From assembly GCA_036172245.1 (NCBI GenBank), contig JAYWIR010000025.1, positions 2,356,001-2,420,000 on the forward strand: 64,000 bases of DNA, given 5' to 3'. The DNA comes from Raillietiella orientalis. Lineage: Eukaryota. Below the pieces are notes generated by a model. It worked only from the letters and a program-made list of their open reading frames with translations. It ran no database searches and had not been told where the DNA came from. Numbering within the stretch: the first letter of the stretch is position 1; the number at the start of each line of letters is the position of its first letter. Position numbers and translations under genes: made by a program. This document shows positions 13,901 through 26,442 of the stretch, in pieces.

Positions 13901-15925
13901 TTTGCATATAATAATTTGACCTGAGAATTCAAAACCATATGCTCAACAATGAAAATCTTCGTATTTGGTAAGTTTCCACATGTAAAATCAGAATTTATTT
14001 TGTGTGTGTTATTCTTCCTTTTCGAACAACCCTAAAAGATATTTTACATAGCACTTTCAATCCAAAAGTCGATTTTCTTTGAAACATCATTTCGGAATAG
14101 TTTTTAGCTCACAGAAAATCTCATCGATCATTCTTTTTCCATCATAGAAATGTTCATCACATCAGATCACTACCAAATGATTATTAATTATATTATCATA
14201 GCTTTACCTTTTTATTTTATGGTCCAATGCACTATTTGTAATCAGCAGTCACCAATAATGTGTTCCTGCTGAGAGATAAATTAAAAAAAAATTATACATT
14301 TCACATTTAAACTTTGCTTATTGGATACGCTATCTTCGAATCTTGCAGCTGGTCACTGTCAGATATCTTCAAGCATAAGGGCAAAACTCGTTTTTAAATA
14401 TAATAAGCCTTTAGCATGTATTGCATTTTTTTGCTTTTGTTTATGTTGCATATTTTCCTGAATGTACAGCTAAACAAGTTCCTGTTAAAGCTTGGAGTAT
14501 CTCTGCATAGAGACATACATGAAACATGCATGAACTTTTTTCATGAAAATAGTGCTGCATTCACTTGTTTTCACAATAATAAAAGGTGAAAAAACTAAAT
14601 ACATCACTAACTTACATATTTTGCTAAATCCATTTTAAATGACATTCCCTTAATAGATTCCATGCAAATATATGCTTCATATATTGCATTGGAAGACTTG
14701 AGTTCATAAAAATAAGAATGAAATGAAAACAAATGTTAGGCACCTATTAAATGCTATGCAACACAGATAATAATGACACACCCTATTGCATTAAGAAAAT
14801 GAATACGATGTTCAATAAAAACAAAAAATGTATTGATGAGCACAAACTTTTTTTTTTTTTAACAGAAAAAAGAGATTAAAGACTTGAAAAACACTTATCA
14901 GTACCAGAGAGCTTTCCATCAAAAAAAAACTAATAATGATACTGCAGCAAGATTAGTTTATTACGACTAATATAAAGTTATTATAGCTAATATCACCTTA
15001 GCAGCCTAGATTAAGAAAAACCAGTTATGCAAGTGTTTAATGTCAATTTAGTAATGGAAACGAAAATGTGTAAAGAAAAAAACGACATCTCTTACTAATC
15101 AACAGACTATCATGTTTCAAATCATTTGAAACTGGAGTAAAATCAATTAATTTTCTATTAAATGTGACCTTTATGTCCTGAAAGAAGCTACAAAAAACAT
15201 AAAACAGAGATATTTTACATTTTTAAAATATTGATTTCATGGATAAAATCAACAGTTTTAAGATGTAATTCATTTATGTACAATCACAGATTCACTTTGT
15301 TACTTCAAAAGTCCTTTCTACAATGTATAGCAGACTGAATGAATTACAGACTCATAATATCCTGTCAAATACTAATTGTAATCTATGTTTTTAGGTACAC
15401 AAACTGAACAGTGTTCCTTTATCTTCTTTCAAACGATAGTTTACAAATGAATTAATGGTAATTTGTAGCTAAAACTATAGCAATTCAAAATACCATAAAG
15501 CTATTAAGTTTACCACATTGAGTAGGATACTTTGACATGAACATAGAGTAGAGAATGCTATTTCTGGAAAAAAAAAAAAAAATGAACAAAACAAAAGGGC
15601 TGTTTATGTAATTTTCCACACTAATGTTAGGAAATGAATTTGAAACAAATATTGGCAAACTACAAAAACTTTGATTTACCGAGCACCAGGTAATCCTTCT
15701 GAGTACTTATTATGCAAACAACAGCCAAGAGTTTCCAATACTGCCACAGAAGTAAAATTTTCTGATGCAATCATCTCCAAGCCAACCTTTTGTCTCTCCT
15801 TTTCATTTTGAATGATAGAGAAAACCTACAAACAAACATAACCATTATTGTATCACAAAAAAATTACTTTACTGCATTACTTCTTTATCTGAGCTTTCTA
15901 AACTGGACTGCAATAACTCGTTCAT
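10974..15925 (-). CDS. SHMT: Serine hydroxymethyltransferase, 9 coding exons: 15881-15925, 15680-15825, 12994-13169, 12773-12955, 12518-12730, 11580-11740, 11351-11525, 11186-11302, 10974-11131
   Basis: Spliced translation gives [51 protein letters not shown], the PLP-lysine motif [25 protein letters not shown] and [13 protein letters not shown]. Introns are GT-AG except one GC-AG, and phases are consistent. Confidence 0.95.
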
Positions 15926-17359
15926 TTTGTGAGATTTCCGGACAACAACAACAATCTATAAATACATTACATGCTAAGACAACTATAGAAAATCTTTTAA
16001 ATTATTAATTGTATGATTTGTTTTTACTTGTTATTACAGATACTAATGTGGTTTTCATTTGCGTTGTCTCCTAGTATGTTACGTAATTGTTAATAAAGAA
16101 AGAATTGAATAAGTATTATGAGTAGTATTTTTCCATTTATCCACATGCTTGGTTCAATGCTTCACACGGCTACTATTTTTTAAGCAAGCAGAGAATATTT
16201 GTACATGTCTAATTTTTCTCCTTTTTACACAGAAATCTCATATACGGGGCACAACTGTTCACATATACTAAAACTACGCCAAATCACGTAAACATTATAA
16301 TATAAAAATAAAATTCACGTAATGCCCAAACTGCAATTTTACGCTGATAGTAACAATAAAGGAATATCAATAGTATAATTCATATTTCCTTGGACTTTGC
16401 TTACGAGCAGGTTTTATCTATGCAGCATGTGAAATGGAGGAAGACAAAGTAAATTCACTGCAAACAAAACACTCCTTTGTAGACATAGTAATACAAAAAA
16501 GAAAAAAAGAGAGACTTTGTAACCAAGGGGCAACAGCTGTACCAAACGTCCCGCGCCTTTCCCGGATAGTCCCTTTCCAAAACGTAGGTCGCCACGGTAC
16601 GTCTCTTGTGCCAAACCTCTCATCTCTCAAGTTATAAGATTATGATAAAGAATTACATTTTTTGTTCAAAAATATAAATCCTTCATCATGAAGTGCATCG
16701 GAATGTACTGGTGGATATGGACTTATTGACTGATGTCACTCCAGAATGGTAATAATAAAGTATAATAAAGTTTAAAAGAAATAATAATAAAGCTTTTCCA
16801 AAAATAATCACTCAGTGTGTTCAGTAGCAGTGATCGAAACGAAGATAAAAAGTAAAACTCAAGTCAAAGTCGCAGCTTAATGGGGGATAAAAGCAGTGTT
16901 GAAGTAGACATGCAGTCTGTATACGTGAGTTCTGAAACTAGACTATGAACCTATCAAGAAAAAAGAAATAGAATTGGAGATTTAAGTACTCATCAATGTG
17001 CCGTGTAAATTCAGTGTTTTGAATCTTTGAATCTTTCTTAACTCCATAAGACAGCTCAAGTATTTCGTATCACTAAGACAATCTTGAAAATTATAAAAAT
17101 TTCTTCCAGAGCTCCTCGAGTCCCATGGCACTGTTTCCATGAGTACTTCATAGTTTTTTTCCTTAAAGAAAAATTCTTTTTTAAATCACACATTTATTGT
17201 TCTCGAATACACTTTCAATCAAATAATTACGCATATTCCATGTATGTCACCATCATATTCTGTGGCAAGATACATTTTTACGAACACTTTTATAAGTAAC
17301 ATTTCTGCTAGTTACATTTCCATATCAACATTATATTATTGTCTACTTCCAAGAGAAAG

Positions 17360-20300
17360 GGTCCTGTAATCCGGGATTCCGGAAGTGGCCAACATCAACG
17401 CTACTGCCAGGACGTCCTAATCAAGAACAGGTAACAGCCTGTGTTCTGATTAGGGTACGAGATGTTCGGGCACCGCGTGAGGGCTTGCCCAAGGGCACGG
17501 TGTTACCAGTGCGGCCAGCAGTGTCATTTTCTGAAGGCGTGTAACTAGCCGATGCTGTGTTACTTCTGTCGCTTGTCTGGACTTGCTAAAAAGGAGTGCC
17601 AGAGGTACGCGAACTGGAGGGAGGTGCAGGGGCTGTTGCCCATTCGGGAAGCGCCCGCGACAAAGGAGAAGCAGGCTCTTTTGAATGAGGAGACTGCCAC
17701 GATGGCAGCGCAGTTCACTGAGGTCAAGAGGAGGAAATGGAAGAGAAGAATGAGGCAGCAAGCCTAACAAGTCTCCGAAGAGCCAGCAAGAGTTGCCGTG
17801 TTGAGCGAGGAGTTGGAGCAAGTAGCGCAAACTGAAGAAGAGCTCGAAAAGTAGAGCAAAAAGTGCGATCAGTGGAGGAACTGCAAGACTCCCTTGAGCA
17901 CATCTGCGGCGTGGCGGTCTCAATCAACCAGCGCGTCCCCAATGGGCGCCACAGCTTCCCGCAGGGAATCGCTCTCGCTTGCTTCCTTGTGCACACTCTG
18001 TGAAGAGGCGACGACTCGGAGGGACCCCCCAACAGGAGGAGTCCGCTCCTTTGAACAACTGGAGAGGTGCCCGTAAGGGCTCCTGCTCCATCTTGAAACC
18101 GGAGGCGGTCCCCCGGTGACGGGGGTCCACTCTATGTTGCACACCGGAGGGGGAACTCCCCATTCCTTTATGCCTGGGAGGATCCGAAGGTCGACTCCCA
18201 TTGTTCCGGCCATCATCTGGAGGCCTCCGGCTTTATCCACCGCCGGGGCCACGCCCGAATGTCTCGGCCAACCAGTGCCGTTGCAGGAGAAACTCTGAAC
18301 CCAAACGACGCAGTGGCGTTAAGTTATCTGCCGAAGTATTCGAACCCGCGATGCATGGTGCCACGCGCGGAAGCCTTAACCACAAAGCCTCCGAGGCGTC
18401 CCCAATGAAGAACAACGGTTTGCTATGGAGGACAGACTGCTTGAAATCATAAAGAGTCAAGCGTGGAGTCCACGGGGTTGTCCTCCGCAACCTACAGTGA
18501 GCATCCAGACACTGATAGCAGCGACTACATCGAGTCCTAAAGCAACGTGGGTGACGAGAAAACCGGGAAGAGGAAGCTGATACAGTCTCCTAAGAAAAAG
18601 AAAAGCAAGAAGTGCGAGTACTCGAATCCCCGATGGCCACCTTCCTATCGACGGCCAGGAGCAGAAAGATCGCCTTCTGGATTGTTAACGGGTTGTGGAA
18701 CCAAGAGAAACGAGCCTGGCTTTTACGCAGAACATCGAACCTGATCACATAGTGTGCCTACAGGAAACCCACGATCTCGGTTACCAAGCCATCCTAGAGC
18801 TCGAGCGACTACTAGACGTCCAGCTGTTCCTGTTCGCGGGCCAGAAGAGAACCAAAGATGTGGCGATCCTCGTCAAGAACAACATCGCGCACACCGTCCT
18901 GGAGTCCTTTTCGTGGCCCGGCCGCATCGTCGGCGTTCGGATTCCCTGGTTCGGAAGCGCCCACCTGTTTCTGGTGAAAGTATACGGGCCGCATAGCGGC
19001 AAACAAGAAGCCATTGGGGCTCTGCTGTGAAACAAGGTCACGGCAAAGAACATTGTGATGGTCGTGGGAGAACGGAGCATGTAGGATCGCATCACCCAGT
19101 CCAAGGATGCTAGGGGAAGAACGGCCTATCAGCGGCTGTCCGAAGAGTACGGGCTGCTGTGGCCCATGGCGAGCCACAAGCCAATAGACTACGTCCTCCA
19201 CAGCCAGGACATCGCGAATTATGTGCAAGGCTTCCGGGACATCCCATTATTGCTCTCGGACCACCCCCTGACACAGTTCACGCCGCGAATGGAGAATCCT
19301 CGGAGGAAGGCAGGTGCAAGGGCTGCGCTCATCTGCATGCCCACCTGGTTCGAGACGCATCCCTTTCACCAGGAGCTCATCGAGGCGATTCTGCAGAACG
19401 CCACCATCCGCAGAGTTGCCGACAAGGACAGGTTGAAGCGGACGATTTATTTGTTCAGCAACCTGCAGTTCGGCGACAGGAAGATGAGAATGGAAGCTTA
19501 CCGGGAGCTCAACATCCACGACCATTCCTTCTCGAGGTACTGGCAGTAGTACGAGAGCCGGTAAGTTTTCAAGAACGTGAAAGGGGAAGTCGGTGTGCTG
19601 GAGAAAGACATCGCCACCAATGTCTTCTGCATCCAGTACGAAGATCAATTTTGGCACACGTCGGAAGGAATCGCGGAGGTTTTCCATCAACACTACGCCT
19701 CACACTTCTGACGTCAAGATCTGTGCCTGACTGAACAGGAGAACATCTTGCGCACCTGTATAAAACATTAAACATGGAGCAACAAGAAAGACTTCAAGAG
19801 GAAATCTCCGCCGAAGAAGTGAAGGGTGTTCGCGGGACTGCTCAAGCATGTGGAGGATGGTATACCGCCGATAGTGTTCCCATCTCGCACTATCAGCGGT
19901 ATCTGCACGCCTACCTGCGGTTGTTCCACGAGCTGGCTCTTCGCATCCAAGAAGAAGGAAGGCTCTCTCCATCGTTCCACGAGGGTAGGATGAGACTGCA
20001 GCCGAAGGAAGGAGACCTGATGAAGGTCACCTAATGGTGGTCCATCTCCATCCTGAACACGGATGCCAAGTGGTTGGTGAAGATTTGGACCAACTGCTTG
20101 AGCAAGACGATGCCATCAGTCGTTTCTCCGACACAGACGTGCGCGATGCCCGGACGCAGCATGTCGGCGAACGTGAAGTGTGCCCAGGCCACCATCGTTT
20201 ACTGCCGATACGTCGGCGAAAACCTGGTGCTGGATACAATCACCACACGCAACGTAAACCAAGTCTTACTTACAGTGAATTACCAAGAGCACGCAGAATG

Positions 20301-22680
20301 CCTTACGCACTTTTTTTTAATTGGTGCATCACCTTTTGCAACTTTACCGAAGACGACCTGAAAGATATCAAAGACTGGTGCAGATGCAACTGCTTCTTCG
20401 CATGCATAGGAAAAGAAACTTCAAGCACTGGCACGCCACACCTTCAGGGATATATGCAACTAAAGGAACCACGCACATTACCTGCCTTGAAGCGCACACC
20501 CTTCCAGAAGTGCCACCTAAAAAAAGCACGCGGTTCACCACGGAGCAACCTACGGTACTGCACAAAAGAAGATAAACAAGCATGGACATATGGAGCTATC
20601 CAAGAAATTAACGAACCAGCTACATACCAGGACCTGGTAAGCCAAAAATAATTAACAAGATCAAAAACCATGTCTCCACTAGATACTTCAACTCATAAAA
20701 GATGGCGCCGACGAACTCTTCATACTCAACAACCACACAACGTTTTATTCCAAAAACATCAATTTTGTAAAAGAATGCTTCCGCCTTACACGAAGCAGAG
20801 CACACCCCAACCGCCTCGCCAAACTTCAACTCAAGTCATGGCAAATGGACCTACTTAAAATCATACGCCTAAAACCTGAACTCAGAAAGATATACTGGTA
20901 CCATGACCCAGTAGGAGGCACAGGCAAAACAACCATGGCCAAATTCCTCTACTTGAAAAAGGGTGCCATATGCATGCACTCGTGTAAGAAGGCAGACGCG
21001 GTCCACATCTAATGTTCACTGGAGAAAACCTTTGACACCATGGACCACGGGATGCTCCTGAAGATCTTGCGGAAATTGGGCTTCCCAAGACACTTCATCC
21101 ACCTTGGGGACGCCTCCGCAGCACAAATGTTGTGGAAGGAAATTCTGGGGAAAATTAAAGAAGAGGCCATCAAGTACATTCGGGTCGACTTCAACATGAG
21201 GCGGAGGGCCACCTTGTGGAATAACGTTCTACTTCCCAAGGTGCTTTACGGAGCCACCTTCGGCAGAATCGACAAGAAGACGCAGGAGGAAATCGAAAAA
21301 CTGTAAAGGAAGATTTTTTGGAGAGAATTTAAGCCGAGGGTCAGGCTCGTACCATTGTGCCACCCTTGAGAGGAAGGTGGGACCGGAATGAAGCCGTTTG
21401 AACACCTTGTGGAAACCATAGACTGGCGGCAACTTTTGCATCTCACCGTGAAATGGGACCAGTGGCCTTTCTCAGAGCATAGAGCCTACTGGAAGCTGCT
21501 GAACAACTCGAAAGGTCTGATGTCTGCCCTGATGGGCTCCACTTGAGAGTGGGTGAAAGTCGATCTCACTTGGAAAAGGAAACAAGCACTAGTGAAGCAT
21601 CACCAATTCAAGATGGTGCCTAGGAGCAAAGAAATCTGGGATGAAGAACTGACCCTGGTGATACCCTACTTTGTCCCCGTTCCGAGGAAGACTTCCATGT
21701 AGATACACCAGAGGCAAAGATTGAGAATGTAGCATTGTGAGCAGTTCGTCAACAGAGGGAATCGCCACCAAGTGTGACAGCACGGACTACGTCGAGCCCG
21801 AAGCAACGTGGATGTTTCGCTTTAATAGAGAAATGAAAGGAAAGTTTCAGTTATAAAATCCGGGAGTTTTAAAAACATCTGTCACATCAAGAGGGCTTCT
21901 GATGACCAAGGCCAACATAAAAGAAGGAACATTGAAGAAATGTCAAGACGTCGCCGCCCTCGGAGCAGCTTCGAGCCGATATGGATGTTCACATGCAAAT
22001 ATGCAGATGGTTGGAAATGCACTTTGGAGGAGTGACCTTCCCCCGGACATGCAGGACGAGCTCTTATTGTTCTATCACAGAAGGATCCTGAGTGGTTCCT
22101 GACTTCAACACTGGACCGGGAAAATCCAAGACGGAGACTGCAAGGCGTGGAGCAGAAGAAACGCAGCTCTTCATATTCACTTGTCCCACGCTATGACTTG
22201 ATTAGCAGACGGTGAAGGCAATGACAGGCCTGCAGACAAGCAAATCGGAAATTATGGCGGGCTTGTTTCAGGGAAACGGAAACGCACCCCTGTGTAACCC
22301 GATGGTTCGAACGACGCTTGCCCTCTTCATCACAGCAATCGTGATAAGAAGGGCAAAGATTCCCACACCTCGAAGAGGAACAACTGCTTTAGAAATCTCG
22401 AAAGGACTCGTGCAGAAAAAGTTAGGAATGAGGAACTGTGGGAGGATCGCCGCCTGAACATAGCGTTACATGCTGAGGAAGATTGACGACTACGTTTAGG
22501 CAAAAAGAACAATCCTCTGAGCCCAAACTTCAAAAGATGCAGAAGTGTTAAAGTGAAAGTGACGTGAAGTGAGCAATGCAAAAACAGTGCAGTTGTTAGC
22601 AATGAAAACATTGAAAGGACTGAAAAGACTTGAAGTTTTTTGTTAAAAGTTAAAAGTATGCTTTAATAAATTCATCCCAC
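17360..22680 (+). mobile_element. Near full-length but decayed Tx1/L1-clade non-LTR retrotransposon (ORF1 knuckles, APE endonuclease, partial RT, C-terminal knuckle), interrupted by a viral Rep insertion
   Basis: ORF1 CYQCGQQCHFLKAC and CYFCRLSGLAKKEC (~17500-17600). APE motifs IVCLQETH, VAILVK, VYGP, IDYVL, SDH (18690-19265). RT N-terminal SISILNTDAK...QTCAMPGRSM (20040-20165), resuming as EKTFDTMDH...LGFP (21020-21090). C-terminal Cys/His remnant at ~22140 and AATAAA at ~22665. Confidence 0.88.
20298..21012 (+). CDS. rep: Endogenous CRESS-DNA virus Rep (copy A), spliced join(20298-20636, 20683-21012), 222 aa, open but truncated after Walker A
   Basis: HUH motif I WCITFCN, motif II TPHLQGY, motif III YCTK. 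Removing the 46-nt GTAAGC...CACTAG intron keeps the frame open through LKSWQ...RKIYWYHDPVGGTGKTTMAK (SF3 Walker A) to a TAA at the junction with the LINE. Confidence 0.9.
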
Positions 22681-25600
22681 CGATTGTCGGACTTGAGGAC
22701 AAAGGGTCCTCATATTTTCGTCTCCAAAAGCAGCTCACTGAACTCACTCCTCTCCATCGTTCGATTCATACATTCTCACAGTTTGCTCTACAATCCAACA
22801 TTAGGATCCAACACTTTTATTTAGCAATAGTACTATGTAATCCTCTATTTGCCAAGTGTAATCCCACAATTATTTTTTGTTAACAAATATGGTTCGAGAG
22901 ATTGTTGCTTATGTTCACGCCGAGAATCCCTTAGACAAAAATGAGAGGAATAAATCCATTAAAATAATGCAGAATCAAGGCTGAAACTCTTAGCACATCA
23001 GAATTAGATTAGAGTTGAGAGAGTACACAGGAGGTTGACAAGCACTAAATGAAAAAGAAATAAACTTTAGGAAAGGAAAGAAATATTTAAATAATATAAG
23101 GACTATGCTTTGTCGGCAAGTGTTGTCCAGAACTCCGGTGTGGCATTTGTCCACGACCCCATTAGACGGATGGTCAGAAGAAAATCAGCACGTGCACATC
23201 AAGATAGAAGAAGACAGTTATGTTCTATGAGTATTTATTGCGCACCAAAAATGCAGAAATATCTTAGAAAAAGATCATCTGTCAAATTCAAGAAATTTAG
23301 TTTATGCAATATTGAGCTAATGTAGAAACTGGACTTATTTGACTACAATCATAAGTAAAAGCTCCAGCTGAGAAAGATGAAACAGATATCAACCGTTAGA
23401 GACCTTTTCTGAAGAAATATTCCATAGGGAGAAATATTTCATCTGGGAACTTCCTTTCTCAAACAGATCACTTCAAGATAGCATATAAGTGAAGTCAGTG
23501 AGTCAGTGAAGGCATATTTTATGAGAACTATTTACTATCAAATTTTTATACGCATTGGAAAATGTCCTTTTCATTAGTAAAAATGAATGCAAAGATTTGA
23601 TACGAAAGGATTATGGATGAAACTCCGCTTTCCATCATTAGCTTAGGGAGAAAGTGTGGAAGAGGCCTAAACGATTCATTGTTTCCCTTCCATTAGAATA
23701 GCAATTAGTTTCTCTATTCAGTTACTAATAGCAAGAGGGTCCATGTAATTTCTCAATTTTTCAAGATTTTGGAGACCTGTATAAAAAATAACCAGGAGCT
23801 CCTAAAACAGGATGGAAAGAGATGTTCAAAGATAAAACTGGACATTTTTTTGAATCCAATTCAGTCAAATAATGGAGAGCGAGATCTGAAAGTTATCTTT
23901 AAGACTTAACTTACTCTCAAATCCTTTACAGAGTCTTCTTAATTTTGTAAAAATTTATCTATAAAATGCTCCAAATACATTTATTTAGAGAATAAGCTTG
24001 CACTCATATTATAGGTCCAGGTTACATTGAATTTCTAGAACCCATGCAAATCTTATGTGGCAAAGCAAAGCATTCATATCTAGCTTGTTATAAATGGCCA
24101 ATGTGACAGCACTCTCCTCAACTGCACAATGTGCAAGTATCAAACGATAAGCTGGAAAGTTTATTAAGTCTAAAATTAAACATTTTGATAAAGACACCCT
24201 TTATACCTAATCAATATGATCTCGCCCGTTAGACTCTTACGATTTAAAATCCAATACGTTTCAGTTGATATTTGTTAAAACCAATATTTATTCTACGGAT
24301 TGAATTTGATTAAAACTATTTGTTGACATGAAAACGTAAGAGCAATAATCATTTTGCAAGCGAGTAATGGAGTTTACCTAGCAACATCCATTTTCCAGCA
24401 TCCATTTCCAGTAAAGTAATCACTTTGTTAAAGTAATATTTATAGATTGTACATTATGTAATTTGTTCTTTACTTTGAATCTCTTAAAACCCTTCAAATT
24501 TCTCTTCATACAAGTTATTTTTGAAGGGGATTGTACGATATATTCAGATACTTTGAGACTTTTTCGTATGAAACGATGCTTGTCCCATAATGAAATAAAT
24601 TATTTAAAATGTAATTTTCTAAGTTATTACGTGTATCCTTAGGATGTCGTTTTGTCTCGTTTGTTAATTCCATATTGAATAAGTTCTATTTCGTAATTAA
24701 TATGTTAATTACGAAATAGAACTTTTATTCTTGACATTAAGAATATATTCTCACTAGTGTGATTGTGTAAAGTTATTAACTGGAAGAATAGGCATTCTCT
24801 TCCAGACCCTGAAGATCTGGCATGTGTACTTAGTAGTTTTCTGATATGTAACTTTGGGACTATTTCAATTGTTTTTCAATACTGTTGTTAAGCCTCATGA
24901 AGTTGTGCATTCTCATATTTTAGCCTGGTACTTGAAAAAATTGTGGGATGTATGTGGATGATAATTCAGTTGTCTCTACTTTGAGACTTACTTCTAGGTA
25001 TTTGTGGTTTTGATTCATGAAATTTTGCACTCCCAGATGTTGGTTTTCTTAGATTTTAGTTAAGTTTTATTATAACTGCTTCTTTTCCATGTATGTTGTT
25101 AAATGATAAGATATAAAAATTTACTGCAATATTTAGAAAAATTCACAGTACTATAAAAAGTCTTAAAATCCATACCGATTAAGCTTTAAAAATTATCCTT
25201 TTTTTACGTATTTCAATAGTTGATGGTAGTATTTGAATTTAGTATTGCTTTTTTGAAACAAATGATTATATTAAGATGATGGCATCTCTGAATAAGATTT
25301 TTTCAACCGTATGTGGTAAGGAATGTTGCAATTTTCGTCTTTCTTGAAAGTGATGCTTTAGTACTGAATGGCCAAGGTTTGTAAATAACCGAAACTTGGG
25401 TTGCTCTGGAGATGGACATTATGCTGAAGAATTGAAAGAAGAAGAATTGAAATTCTGTGGTTCTCAATTCCCAAGCCAATTTGGTAGGTTTTCTGTATTC
25501 ATAAATAAGTAATTTCTTTGGTCTATTGCGTTGGTTTGCAATCATTATAAGCTTATTATGGAATTTACTAATTCATCAAGCAGTTTTTTTTCCCTAAGCA

Positions 25601-26442
25601 CAAATACTCCTTGTGACTCCTTTTGTGACATGCTGAACTTTGTTCGTAAAGCCTTCCGAAGTAATTGAATGCAAGTTAAAACATAAAAGTTAAAAATAAA
25701 AGAAACACGACAGCATATTTGGTTTATATCTGGAGTTAAGAGTCTAAATCACATTAAGGAATTTAAATCCCAAATCAGTATCAATACTCTATAGACTTAG
25801 GACAGTATTCACATTGATTTTTATACTTTCATATGAATGCAGACAGTATGAGGATATTACAACAATGCAATGTACCGTACAGCCTCTTTTTTTCTTTTTC
25901 ATATATTATATGCAATCTTAATTTCATGGTGATATTTCGCAAATTTTGTTCTTTTAAACTTCCTTGAAGAGAGAGGTACTACTACTAGTGCATGAGCATG
26001 TTATTTTGATATAATAACAATGCACTTGTACATTGTGAATTCAGGTTTGCGAAGATTCCAAGACTTCAAGTCATCATAAGAAGAAGCAATTTTAAGAAAA
26101 AGTGGAGATATTTTTTCACATTGTGTTTTATATATAATTCTATCAAAGCATTTTGAAGTAAAAACATCAGTCAGCTGGGACTCTCAGAGAACCTCAGTGC
26201 AGCAGACTGTGTTCTCTGTACAAGTCAACAGTTCTTAGATGTTTTTAAGTTATTCAATTAGTTTTGTATAATGCATTTGCAGAAGTTTTATTAATTTGTC
26301 ATTCAAGACGTTCAGCATACATGTGAAGGGTTCTTAGTACTAAATGTGTTTGTGTCAGAAATTTTTCAAGTCTGCATCAATTCAACCACTATTTTATTTT
26401 TCCAGGATTCTCAGTTGATTTTTGAACTTTTTTAATTGATCT

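Noticed and set aside
20034..20651. 205-aa ORF that looks like a LINE-Rep fusion protein
   Set aside because: The N-terminal part is an off-frame reading of LINE and leader sequence. The real Rep start is the ATG at 20298, matching MPYA in copy B.
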